Shown piece by piece: positions 25,666 to 36,614 of a stretch of 44,124 nt of DNA. The first letter of the stretch is position 1. Each line of letters begins with the position of its first letter. Both the position numbers and the translations under genes were made by a program. Origin of the DNA: an uncultured Candidatus Saccharibacteria bacterium (lineage in GTDB: Bacteria; Patescibacteriota; Minisyncoccia; Phycocordibacterales; CAIZLB01); contig CAYVEK010000002.1 in assembly GCA_964450605.1 (NCBI GenBank), positions 153,681 to 197,804 of the forward strand, in the 5' to 3' direction. The notes below the pieces were generated by a model that saw only the letters and a list, made by a program, of their open reading frames with translations, searched no databases and was not told the origin of the DNA.

Positions 25666-26583
25666 TCAACTTCCTCCCAGATTATCTTCTACACAAGTAT
25701 TACCAACCGGACTAAAGCCTATATTACAGTTACATCCACCACTTCCATCCGCTGTTCCACCTGGCTCACAACTATCCCCGCTTCCCAGTGGAGCCTCAGA
25801 TCCACTACCATTACCTGAACCAAAACCTTCTCCTACAAGGTTTCCTGATCCTGCACCACTTCCGGAACCAGCCTCTGACCCTGAACCTGCTCCCGCATTA
25901 TTATTTACAGGAACGTTTATTCGAACTCCTGTTGTATAGTTATAGTTTAGTTCCAAACCAATGTCACCATATGTTATACCTTCAAGTGCAGGTGTTCCTG
26001 TCAAAGTTTTCTTGGTTTCAAAATATGATGCAAACAACGCTCCCCTAGAGTTTGGTTGCCAGTTTGCCGCAAGCAATATAGGAGTACTTGGTTGACCTAT
26101 AAAACCGTTTTGATCCAACAACGCTCCGGCGATCATCTTTTGATTCTCAACAGTACCAAGTGCTGTTGTAGGTGTTATATAGATATAACAATAACCTTGC
26201 GCAGCTTGAGGGTCATCAGCTAAACGAGAAGATAGATACTTTGGAACAAGCGCATCAAACAATCGTTCATTGTTGTATTTGTTTGTTATATTTGCAGGAT
26301 CACCCGGAGATAGACAGTCGATACTTCCATCCTGGTTTTTACGAATATCCGAATACTGTTTAAATGCAGACTCAGGAACTTTTCCATTGTTACTTAGTGA
26401 ATAGAGATATAAAGCCTTTTCAACACTACGAATCTCCTCTGTTCTTTTTGTATCACGTGCTTTAGCTCGAGTACCAGAAAGACTAGCCGTTATAATAGAA
26501 CTCAACAAACCTATTATGGCGATAACCACAAGAAGTTCTATAAGGGTGAATCCTCTATTTGTTTGTATTTTTTTAGGAAACAT
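25666..26583 (-). CDS. type IV pilin-like protein (prepilin N-terminal methylation motif) with a Gly/Ser-rich, Cys-containing C-terminus
   Basis: N-terminus ...RGFTLIELLVVIAIIGLL. C-terminal GAGSGSEAGSGSGAGSG... and CNCN. Stop codon is TGA. Confidence 0.85.
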   Translation of the reverse strand: MFPKKIQTNRGFTLIELLVVIAIIGLLSSIITASLSGTRAKARDTKRTEEIRSVEKALYLYSLSNNGKVPESAFKQYSDIRKNQDGSIDCLSPGDPANITNKYNNERLFDALVPKYLSSRLADDPQAAQGYCYIYITPTTALGTVENQKMIAGALLDQNGFIGQPSTPILLAANWQPNSRGALFASYFETKKTLTGTPALEGITYGDIGLELNYNYTTGVRINVPVNNNAGAGSGSEAGSGSGAGSGNLVGEGFGSGNGSGSEAPLGSGDSCEPGGTADGSGGCNCNIGFSPVGNTCVEDNLGGS

Positions 26584-26597
26584 AGATATTAATTAAT

Positions 26598-26903
26598 TTA
26601 AATATTAAGAGCTGGATCAATAACAGCTTTTACCACTTCGGTTGAATTAAAAATGAAGTATGTTGTCACGATGATAACAACACATAAACCTAGGAGTATT
26701 GAAACTGCTTGGCCTTCATTTTTAACAATTCCTTTTGTAACAAGGAATTTGATCATAGTAGGTACCTCAGGTGCACCTAATATTTTTCGAGAACGTAATT
26801 TAAATTTTGATTCATCAAACTGCAGTCCTGATCCTGCAGGATTTTGCATAGTTTCTAAAGTTGACATGGCTATATTGTACACCTCTTTTATATATATGAG
26901 CAA
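26598..26903 (-). CDS. small membrane hypothetical protein upstream of the pilin gene
   Basis: 101-aa ORF with one C-terminal TM (ILLGLCVVIIVTTYFIF). The true start may be the internal Met (MSTLETMQ). Confidence 0.45.
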   Translation of the reverse strand: MLIYIKEVYNIAMSTLETMQNPAGSGLQFDESKFKLRSRKILGAPEVPTMIKFLVTKGIVKNEGQAVSILLGLCVVIIVTTYFIFNSTEVVKAVIDPALNI

Positions 26904-26940
26904 CTTGAATTAGTCTTTGGTCTGTACGATAATACACAAT

Positions 26941-27975
26941 ATGAAACCAAACACTTTTCTGGCCATCGGAGACACAGTTATCGATGCTTTTATAAAACTA
27001 AAAATTGCTGAAATAAAACAAGATTCTAACGGAGAGCACAAGACCCTATGTATGCCATTTGGCGAAAAACTTCCTTTTGAGGAAACTACTGAGGTTGTAG
27101 GTGTTGGAAACAGTGCAAACGCTGCAGTATCAGCAGCACGACTAGGTCTCGCCTCTTCTCTGCTTACTTGTTTAGGTAAAGATGAAAATGGAAAAAAATG
27201 TTTAGACAAACTTGCCAATGATTCTGTAGACACATCTGAAATACACACAATTGAGGGAAAAAATACAAACTATCACTATGTACTTTGGTATGAACACGAA
27301 AGAACAATACTCATAAAACACGAAGAGTTTAACTATCCCGTACCGACTTCATATCCAGAATATCTATACCTTAGTTCACTTGGAGAAAACTCTCTACCCT
27401 ACCATACTCAACTTTCTACATACCTCAAAGCTCATCCTGAAACAAAACTCATTTTTCAACCTGGAACATTTCAAATAAAATTTGGAACAGATGCATTAAA
27501 AGAACTGTATGAGAGAGCACTCATATTTTTCTGTAATAAAGAAGAAGCTGTTCATATACTCAAACTCGATGAAAACAAAGAGCACAGTATGAGAGAACTT
27601 CTACTTGGACTTCGCAAACTCGGACCGAAGCTCCCTGTTATAACTGACGGACCAAACGGTGCATACACATTTGATACTGATATACGTATTGTGGACACAG
27701 CGACATTTGACGAAGGTTCACCTATCATACATATGCCGATATATCCAGATATCAAAGAACCTCTTGAGCGAACAGGTGCAGGAGACGCTTTTGCCTCTAC
27801 ATTTACTGTAGCACTTGCACTTGGTCGATCTATCGAGGAAGCAATGATGTGGGGATCTATAAACTCTATGTCAGTATGTCAGGAGATCGGTGCACAAAAA
27901 GGACTTCTTACTGTTGATAAGATCGAAGAATATATAAAACAAGCACCTGAAGATTGGAAGAGTGAGATTTTGTAA
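26941..27975 (+). CDS. PfkB-family carbohydrate kinase
   Basis: GAGDAF motif and ribokinase-like N-terminus IGDTVIDAF. ATG at 26941 preferred over the TTG at 26917. Confidence 0.8.
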   Translation: MKPNTFLAIGDTVIDAFIKLKIAEIKQDSNGEHKTLCMPFGEKLPFEETTEVVGVGNSANAAVSAARLGLASSLLTCLGKDENGKKCLDKLANDSVDTSEIHTIEGKNTNYHYVLWYEHERTILIKHEEFNYPVPTSYPEYLYLSSLGENSLPYHTQLSTYLKAHPETKLIFQPGTFQIKFGTDALKELYERALIFFCNKEEAVHILKLDENKEHSMRELLLGLRKLGPKLPVITDGPNGAYTFDTDIRIVDTATFDEGSPIIHMPIYPDIKEPLERTGAGDAFASTFTVALALGRSIEEAMMWGSINSMSVCQEIGAQKGLLTVDKIEEYIKQAPEDWKSEIL

Positions 27976-28028
27976 GACAAATAAAACAAAAAAACACTGG
28001 TCTAAACCACTGTTTTTTTGTTTTAAAA

Positions 28029-28694
28029 TTATCTAACTTTGGAATTTTTTGGAGGAGTTTTTGGATTTACAGGTTTCTTAACATAATCACAAGCTTTCAT
28101 ACCTGTCGCAAATTCTGCCACTCGATTGGATACAAAACCCTGCGGCTCAACGCTAGATGTAAATGAACCTAAAAACACATCAGGATTTGGAAAATCTGAT
28201 GCCACTCCAGACATTCGTACTATACTTATATTTGTACAACCAGTTTTGGTACAAACACCCTTTTTAGGCTGTATAACAACTGAATCATCATTATTGTCTA
28301 TAGATGCATTTATCTCCATGAAGGCCAACTCATTAAAGAATGATATTTCAGCATTAGAGTTTGATTCAAACTTGTCAGGGAATAAATCACCTGGACTTGT
28401 ACTTTTTGGAACTGACCAAAAAGCGTATTCACATGTTCCACCGTCAGTCGTCGCCGTTGAGTCGTAGTTACAAGCTAGTGTATTTCGACAACCTGGTTTT
28501 GCAGGTTTGGTTGATACATCACCACTAGTAGGAGGTGGTGGAGGTGGAACAGTTCGAAATACTGAAGGATCTATTGCTAACAATGTTTCCGCCTGATCAC
28601 GTTCTACTTTTGATAGTTTTGCACTTTGCATATTGTAATATACAAGAGCTCCGACTCCTGCAACCAATATGAGTGCGATAATTATTTTTTTCAT
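28029..28694 (-). CDS. secreted/anchored protein with a Cys motif (GCRNTLACNYD...DGGTCEY), paralog A
   Basis: 221 aa. The N-terminal ~35 aa and the Cys motif are nearly identical to 40260-40997, while the central part has diverged. Confidence 0.7.
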   Translation of the reverse strand: MKKIIIALILVAGVGALVYYNMQSAKLSKVERDQAETLLAIDPSVFRTVPPPPPPTSGDVSTKPAKPGCRNTLACNYDSTATTDGGTCEYAFWSVPKSTSPGDLFPDKFESNSNAEISFFNELAFMEINASIDNNDDSVVIQPKKGVCTKTGCTNISIVRMSGVASDFPNPDVFLGSFTSSVEPQGFVSNRVAEFATGMKACDYVKKPVNPKTPPKNSKVR

Positions 28695-28722
28695 ATAGTG
28701 AATATTGTATCAATGAAAACTA

Positions 28723-29706
28723 CTACAGAGCAACTTTCACAATATCATCAACTGTCAAACCATACTCTTTCATAAGTTCAGCTGGTGTTCCTGATTGACC
28801 GAATCTATCGTGTATACCAACTCGTGTAACTTGTTTTGGACATTGTCCACTTAAAACTTCACAAACAGCACTGCCAAAACCTCCGTTGATCTGATGCTCC
28901 TCCACTGTCACAATTTTGTTTGATCTTTTTGCAAAACTTATAAGCGTTTCTTCATCAAGAGGTTTTATAGTATGAAAATTCAAAACTGCAACTTTTTTAG
29001 AATGCTCTTCTTCTAACATTTTTGCAGAAACAAGTGCATTGTATGTTATAGGGCCTGTACTACAGATAAGTACATCGAACTCACTTCCAGGTGTTTGATA
29101 CATAACATTTGCTTTACCAAATACAAACGGAGTTTCTTCAGTTGTCATGACCGGTGTCTTTTCTCGAGCAAGTCTAATATATGTTGGTTTATTTTGATGC
29201 AACAAAGCATCGACGGTTGCTTTTCGTGCTTCCACGACATCGCATGGATACACTACCTGCATATTTGGAGTAACTCGCATAAGAGCTATGTCTTCAAGCG
29301 CTTGATGAGAACCTCCATCAGGACCAACTGAAAGACCTGCATGCGAACCCGCAATAATTACTTTTCTATCGTTATAACAGATAGTTGTGCGTATCTGCTC
29401 CCAGTTACGACCTGGACTAAACATGGCATAGGACGTTATAGCTGGTATCTTACCCATAGCAGCCAATCCAGAGGCTACAGAGGCCAGATTTTGTTCTGCT
29501 ACACCTATCTCTATAAAACGTTCAGGAAACTTCTTTTTAAATAGATGCATCTGCGTAGACTCTGTCAGATCGGCACATAACCCAAAGACTCGAGTATCTT
29601 TCTCCCCTGCTTCAAGAAGCCCATCACCGAAACCTTTTCGGGTGTAGACCTGTTCGACGTCAGCATCGAAGAGTTTTGGGTTTAAGTTTGAAGAAGAATA
29701 CAACAT
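28723..29706 (-). CDS. transketolase, C-terminal (pyrimidine-binding) subunit
   Basis: 327 aa. FIEIGVAEQNL, GSHQALEDIA-type motifs. Confidence 0.85.
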   Translation of the reverse strand: MLYSSSNLNPKLFDADVEQVYTRKGFGDGLLEAGEKDTRVFGLCADLTESTQMHLFKKKFPERFIEIGVAEQNLASVASGLAAMGKIPAITSYAMFSPGRNWEQIRTTICYNDRKVIIAGSHAGLSVGPDGGSHQALEDIALMRVTPNMQVVYPCDVVEARKATVDALLHQNKPTYIRLAREKTPVMTTEETPFVFGKANVMYQTPGSEFDVLICSTGPITYNALVSAKMLEEEHSKKVAVLNFHTIKPLDEETLISFAKRSNKIVTVEEHQINGGFGSAVCEVLSGQCPKQVTRVGIHDRFGQSGTPAELMKEYGLTVDDIVKVAL

Positions 29707-29713
29707 TTACTTA

Positions 29714-32700
29714 TTATAACTTACGATTCTTATCATTCACAATTTCATTCATCTTCTTTCGTGTTTTGGGACCAACCACTCCGTAACCAGGATCTTTAGG
29801 CGATTTTACTATACCGTATTTTATTTGGAATTTACCTACAGCTTTCTTTGTAGCGGGACCATATATATCTGTTTCTTTGCCTGGAGAACCTGGTCCTTTT
29901 TTAGAAACTTGTGTTTCCGGATCAGAGTTTAGAATTTTTTGAATTGATACAACTGCGGGAGATTTTCCTTTACCTGTCGAAGAAGGCTTATCTTGAGGAG
30001 GGATTAAAGCTAGTTTTGAAGATTCTGAACTCCTGTTTTTATCTGAGCCTTGTTTTGTCTCAGTATCAAAAAAACGTTTTTTATCCGCATTAGAACTACT
30101 TCCACCAACTGGACCGATAACGGGTGTTCGTGCTGAGACTGTAGGACTAGAACTTATACTAAATACCCAACCAGAATTTTTTCCACTATCAACACATCCA
30201 GATGTACAGATTATTGATACTGGTCCAGTATTTACAACATTTGAAACAGATATATTTGAAACAGTAACTGATCCCACAGGATTTATCCGTATCACCGCAT
30301 TTGATCCGTTGATAAATTTTTGAATTCTATTATTGTCACCATCTGCAACATACAAATAATCTTTACCTGCATCAAAAGAAATACCGTACGGATTGTTTAG
30401 TTGGCCGAGCTGTGAACCGAATGATTCATATCTACCCATAAAGACACCTTCTGAACTGTATTTTTGTATATTACTGTCATAGTTTTGGGCAACATATATA
30501 TTGTTATCATTATCAATAGCCAATCCTGTTGGTATATACCTAAAACCACCATTTCCGTATGACTGTGTACCCATCCGACAACTAGATGTACATATCTCAA
30601 ACTGATCTGCGCCAGTTGCTACTCCCCAGCCCCACATTTTTAAGAAGTTATGATTGGAGTCAAATTTATCAACTCTGTAACCATAAGCGTTTACAACATA
30701 TATATCACCATCAGAATCAAAACCTATACCATACCCACCGTTGAGCGTACCTTCATACGATTGGCCAGAAGGCCAAGGTCCCCACTTACTTACAAAGACA
30801 CCTTCTGGGGTAAACTCTAGTACTGAATTTGCAGGCCTACTATTACCATAATACTGCGTAACAAAAACATTACCATTTGGCCCAACTTTTATACCGTGAG
30901 GATTCCACATCATACCATTAACATCTCGATTGCTGGTAGTGAGACCGATCCGACAACTAGATGTACATACCTCAAACTGATCTGCACCAGTTGCCACTCC
31001 CCAACCCCACATCTTTAAGAAGTTATGATTGGTGTCAAATTTTTGAACTCGATAATTTTTATTATCAGCAACATAAATATTTCCACTAGAATCAAAAGCT
31101 ATTCCAAGAGGGTTTGCAAATTGACCAGCCCCCGTTCCTGAAGAACCAAATTTACTTATAAAAGTTCCTGATGAAGTGAATTTTTGTATTCTATTGTTTT
31201 TAGTATCTGATACATACAGATCTCCATTGCTATCAACAGCCACTTCGTGAGGTGTGTTAAACTGACCGTTTCCTGTTCCAAGAGAACCGAAAGTTGAATG
31301 TGGTATAAGAATAGTGGAACCTTGCATGCCCACCACCAAAGGGTTTCCGCTTGTACCAGACAAATTTAATTGACCTAATATTGTTGTAGACGCCGATGGA
31401 CTAAAATATAGGGTCGATGATGATGTTTCAGTTTTTATAAGATTATAAAAAGTATTTTCTCCTGAAATAGTGTTCTCTGTACCAGAAAATATCACAGTTC
31501 CCTGATTAGCAATAAACACACCGCCATTTGTCCAATCACCAGTAACTGTTAAAGTGTTTCCGTTCAAATCTAGTGTACCCCCACTTGAAATAACAAGGTT
31601 GTGAACGGTCGTTTCTGAAAGTAGTGTTACTGTATTATTACTACCCCCTATAGTCACATTTGAAGAACTTGAAAAATTAACATCACCGCTACCGATCAAA
31701 GATCCACTTATCACAAGAGAACTACTTGCGGTAAATGGAGTGCTGTTCAGGTTCAAGGTTCCACCCGAATATACTGTGGTTGTTGCCGTTTGCAGTCCAG
31801 CCCCTGCAACAAATAAAGTACCTCCTGACAAAATAGATACGCTTCTTACATACCCCGATACTGGTAAAGCTGATGAAATAGCTAAGTCATATGTAGAACT
31901 AGCAAAGCTTACGTATCCTGTCGTTGAGCTTGAGATAGTTCCCTGATTATCAATAGTTCCATTTATAATAAGAGGAAACCCGTTAAGATTTAAAGTTGCT
32001 CCTGATGCTACAGTTAGATTATTTACAGTCGTCGTTGCAGTTAAAGTAACCGAGTTGTTTATAGTAACATCATCCGTAGTGGAAGGAACTTGTGATGCAA
32101 ATTTTTTAACTTTATGATTAGAACTGTCTGCTATAAATAAGTTCCCTTGATTGTCAGTTTTCAATCCTTCTGTAAAATAGCTAGACTCACCTGGAGCACC
32201 TATGGTCCACTTGGTTATATACACACCGGAAGATGTAAACTTCTGTATTCGGTTGTTATAATATTCACTAACATATACACTGTTTTGAGCATCAACCCAG
32301 ATATGTTTTGGTCCAGACAACTGTCCATTGCCTGTACCTGATGTTCCCCATTGGGTAACATATGTTCCTGATGAGTTAAATTTTTGGATACGATTGTTAT
32401 TCATATCCGTTACATACACATTACCTGTTGAATCAACTGCAACTCCCTGAGGTATTGAAAATTGACCATTACCCGTACCAAAAGTTCCCCATTGAGTAAC
32501 ATATGTTCCTGATGAGTTAAATTTTTGGACACGATTGTTTCCTGAATCAACAACATACACATTATCTGAACTATCTATAGCAATACCTATAGGAGAAGAA
32601 AACTGTCCATTGCCTGATCCTGATGTTCCCCATTGGGTAACATATGTTCCTGATGAGTTAAATTTTTGGACACGTTTTCTTATAGAATCAGCAACATATA

Positions 32701-34003
32701 CATTACCTGTAGAATCCACTGCAATACCATCAAGAGATTGGAACTGGCTATTACCTGTACCTGACGATCCCCATGCTGTTATATGATTACCAGAACTATC
32801 GAACTTATGAACTCTAAAGTTTGCATTTTCAATTACATATATTTCTTGTGAACTATTTATTGCTGAGTTTTTTGGTTGAAATACGGCGTCATAAGCAGGG
32901 TATCCTAAGAAGCTTGTGGTGTACACACCAGCTGATGTAAATTTTTGCACTCGGGCATTGTTAGTATCTGCAACATATACATTTCCAGAAGAATCCGTAG
33001 CTATTCCTTGTGGGGCAGAAAACTGTCCATTGCCTGATCCTGATGTTCCCCATTGGGTAACATATGTTCCTGATGAGTTAAATTTTTGGACACGGTTACC
33101 AACTTGTTCAACAACATACACGTTGCCAGAAGAGTCAGCAGCAACACCCGCGATAGCTTGAAATTGTCCGTTTCCTGTACCAAATGAACCCCATTTTGTA
33201 ATATAAGTACCTGTAGATGAAAATTTTTGAACTCGGGCGTTATTAATTTCTGAAACATACACATTATCACTTGAATCAATTGATATAGAGTTAGGTGCAT
33301 CTAACTGACCGTTACCTGATCCTTGCGTACCCCACTTGGTAACAAAATTTCCAGAAGAATCAAATTTTTGAATTCTATGTTGACCATATTGTGCCAGATA
33401 AATATACCCTGAACTATCGATAGCTATTCCAGAAATTGATCCTAACTGACCATCTCCTGAACCATACGTACCATTTTGGCACGTATTCAAAACTGTACAT
33501 TTTTCAAACTGGTTAGCTCCTGTTGCAACACCCCAACCTACCATCCACTCAAATTGCATTGACGAATTAAACTTGGCCAAACGAGAGTTAGTAGAATCTA
33601 CAATATATAAATTTCCAGACGAATCAGTCTCAGTATCTGTTACCGAAGTTAAATAACTATTACCAAAAACAGTTGTAACATTTCCAGGTTGTGTTGTTAT
33701 CTGTATTCGGTTAGAGTCCGATACATACAGACTATTACTAGTAGAATCAACAAATAATTTTGACGGATAACCGCTACTGAATCCAGAAATCTGTGCCCAA
33801 GCAGTTGAAGTTCCTATAGCACTTACGTATGCCGGGTTCCAAGTAGAAGTCGCTGTCCAGTTTCCATCAGACATACTGCTTGTGGTAATAGCACCTGTTT
33901 TTGTTGGAGCTATAGACAATACCCATATAACTAGTAAGAATACCCCTTTTAGCAAAAAAGAATTTTTAGAAAAAATACCCATATATTCCATCATATCAAA
34001 CAA
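29714..34003 (-). CDS. giant NHL-repeat (beta-propeller) surface protein with a central beta-helix-like repeat region and a C-terminal peptidoglycan-binding-like domain
   Basis: 1429 aa. N-terminal TM/signal. Many repeats of ..VQKFNSSGTYVTQWGTSGSGNGQFS.P.GIA.DSSGNVYV.D. C-terminal IQKILNSDPE...YGPATKKAVGKFQ resembles PG_binding_1. Exact start Met uncertain. Confidence 0.8.
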   Translation of the reverse strand: MFDMMEYMGIFSKNSFLLKGVFLLVIWVLSIAPTKTGAITTSSMSDGNWTATSTWNPAYVSAIGTSTAWAQISGFSSGYPSKLFVDSTSNSLYVSDSNRIQITTQPGNVTTVFGNSYLTSVTDTETDSSGNLYIVDSTNSRLAKFNSSMQFEWMVGWGVATGANQFEKCTVLNTCQNGTYGSGDGQLGSISGIAIDSSGYIYLAQYGQHRIQKFDSSGNFVTKWGTQGSGNGQLDAPNSISIDSSDNVYVSEINNARVQKFSSTGTYITKWGSFGTGNGQFQAIAGVAADSSGNVYVVEQVGNRVQKFNSSGTYVTQWGTSGSGNGQFSAPQGIATDSSGNVYVADTNNARVQKFTSAGVYTTSFLGYPAYDAVFQPKNSAINSSQEIYVIENANFRVHKFDSSGNHITAWGSSGTGNSQFQSLDGIAVDSTGNVYVADSIRKRVQKFNSSGTYVTQWGTSGSGNGQFSSPIGIAIDSSDNVYVVDSGNNRVQKFNSSGTYVTQWGTFGTGNGQFSIPQGVAVDSTGNVYVTDMNNNRIQKFNSSGTYVTQWGTSGTGNGQLSGPKHIWVDAQNSVYVSEYYNNRIQKFTSSGVYITKWTIGAPGESSYFTEGLKTDNQGNLFIADSSNHKVKKFASQVPSTTDDVTINNSVTLTATTTVNNLTVASGATLNLNGFPLIINGTIDNQGTISSSTTGYVSFASSTYDLAISSALPVSGYVRSVSILSGGTLFVAGAGLQTATTTVYSGGTLNLNSTPFTASSSLVISGSLIGSGDVNFSSSSNVTIGGSNNTVTLLSETTVHNLVISSGGTLDLNGNTLTVTGDWTNGGVFIANQGTVIFSGTENTISGENTFYNLIKTETSSSTLYFSPSASTTILGQLNLSGTSGNPLVVGMQGSTILIPHSTFGSLGTGNGQFNTPHEVAVDSNGDLYVSDTKNNRIQKFTSSGTFISKFGSSGTGAGQFANPLGIAFDSSGNIYVADNKNYRVQKFDTNHNFLKMWGWGVATGADQFEVCTSSCRIGLTTSNRDVNGMMWNPHGIKVGPNGNVFVTQYYGNSRPANSVLEFTPEGVFVSKWGPWPSGQSYEGTLNGGYGIGFDSDGDIYVVNAYGYRVDKFDSNHNFLKMWGWGVATGADQFEICTSSCRMGTQSYGNGGFRYIPTGLAIDNDNNIYVAQNYDSNIQKYSSEGVFMGRYESFGSQLGQLNNPYGISFDAGKDYLYVADGDNNRIQKFINGSNAVIRINPVGSVTVSNISVSNVVNTGPVSIICTSGCVDSGKNSGWVFSISSSPTVSARTPVIGPVGGSSSNADKKRFFDTETKQGSDKNRSSESSKLALIPPQDKPSSTGKGKSPAVVSIQKILNSDPETQVSKKGPGSPGKETDIYGPATKKAVGKFQIKYGIVKSPKDPGYGVVGPKTRKKMNEIVNDKNRKL

Positions 34004-34039
34004 CCCTGAATATTTATAGTTTTCTTCTGTGATATATAG

Positions 34040-34065
34040 AAAAACTCGGACCGTTCCGAGTTTTT
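34040..34065 (-). terminator. hairpin terminator (bidirectional shape) after tRNA-Ile
   Basis: AAAAACTCGGA-CCGT-TCCGAGTTTTT. Confidence 0.65.
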
Positions 34066-34073
34066 CTATCTAG

Positions 34074-34146
34074 TGCGCGTGCTTGGGTTCGAACCAAGGA
34101 CCTTTCGAGTATCAGTCGAATGCTCTACCAACTGAGCTACACGCGC
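34074..34146 (-). tRNA. tRNA-Ile (GAT)
   Basis: Manual fold: GCGCGTG acceptor, anticodon arm TTCGA-CTGATAC-TCGAA, T arm CTTGG-TTCGAAC-CCAAG. Confidence 0.9.
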
Positions 34147-34577
34147 AATAAACGATATTATACATAAAAATCAACATTTGGCAATTGAATACTTGACAAT
34201 CTAAACTTGTATGATTACTATAAATCATGTCAACGGCGGGTTTGGTAGCCCAACGTTTGATCGCCACTGTGTGTGGAGGTTTGATCAGCCTTTGCACACA
34301 GTGTTTTAATTTGTATATATTCACGACACCAAAAGAAAAAACTTTCATGAACAGTATTCACAAAAGTTTTTTCTCCTTAATAGTTGAACATCATCGCGCC
34401 AAAGTTATAGAACTAATTAAATCTTTTATTTTGTTCTGTTCGGCCAGTCTTTCCTGAGGTCATAGTTTTACGTACTAGAACGTCTTACATACGGCAGGGT
34501 AAGATCCTGTGCATATTGCTATGCGAACGACCGTTATTAATCTTATAGCCTCATAACGAGACCATAAAACAGTTTTC

Positions 34578-36104
<1,527 letters not shown>

Positions 36105-36305
36105 AAACTCAAACAGAACAAAAGAAAGGATTCAATTAGAAAATATAACTTCTTGCGTATTTGTTGTGATGTATGTTCATCTATTAAATTTTCAAGATTC
36201 TGAAATACGTTGACCTAACTTTTTATCGTCAGGTTTCTGCCACTTTCCTTTTTGCTTTTCTTCAAAGCGTTCGGAGTTAGAAGAGTCTTACCAACAATGT
36301 TCCCT

Positions 36306-36333
36306 ATTATACGCAGATGCGATTTAAAGTCAA
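36306..36333 (-). promoter_or_regulatory. sigma70-like promoter upstream of the 16S gene
   Basis: Minus sense TTGACT, 16-nt spacer, TATAAT, about 195 nt upstream of the 16S 5' end. Confidence 0.5.
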
Positions 36334-36469
36334 GAGCGAATCATGCCTTTTTTACCTTGATAAATAAGGGTTTTTTGGGGCTATTTTCCAGCACTCCAAA
36401 AAACCTATAGAAAATCGATATTTTGGGAGAATTATTTAGATAAATAAAACAATTTCTTACAAAATCTTG

Positions 36470-36542
36470 AGCCAATGGCGGGAATTGAACCCGCGACCTA
36501 CTCCTTACCATGGAGTTGCTCTACCATCTGAGCTACATCGGC
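36470..36542 (-). tRNA. tRNA-Thr (GGT)
   Basis: Manual fold: GCCGATG acceptor, anticodon arm ACTCC-ATGGTAA-GGAGT, T arm GCGGG-TTCAATT-CCCGC. Confidence 0.9.
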
Positions 36543-36614
36543 AATACCTATGAATATACACCATATCAAATTAAGTACACAACTTATTACATGGTACAAT
36601 ATGTGTACTTTATT

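Noticed and set aside
28029-28694. Diversity-generating retroelement target (variable repeat) for the mosaic paralogs
   Set aside because: There is no reverse transcriptase or template repeat in the window. The divergent regions differ in length and are unalignable, rather than showing adenine-specific substitutions.
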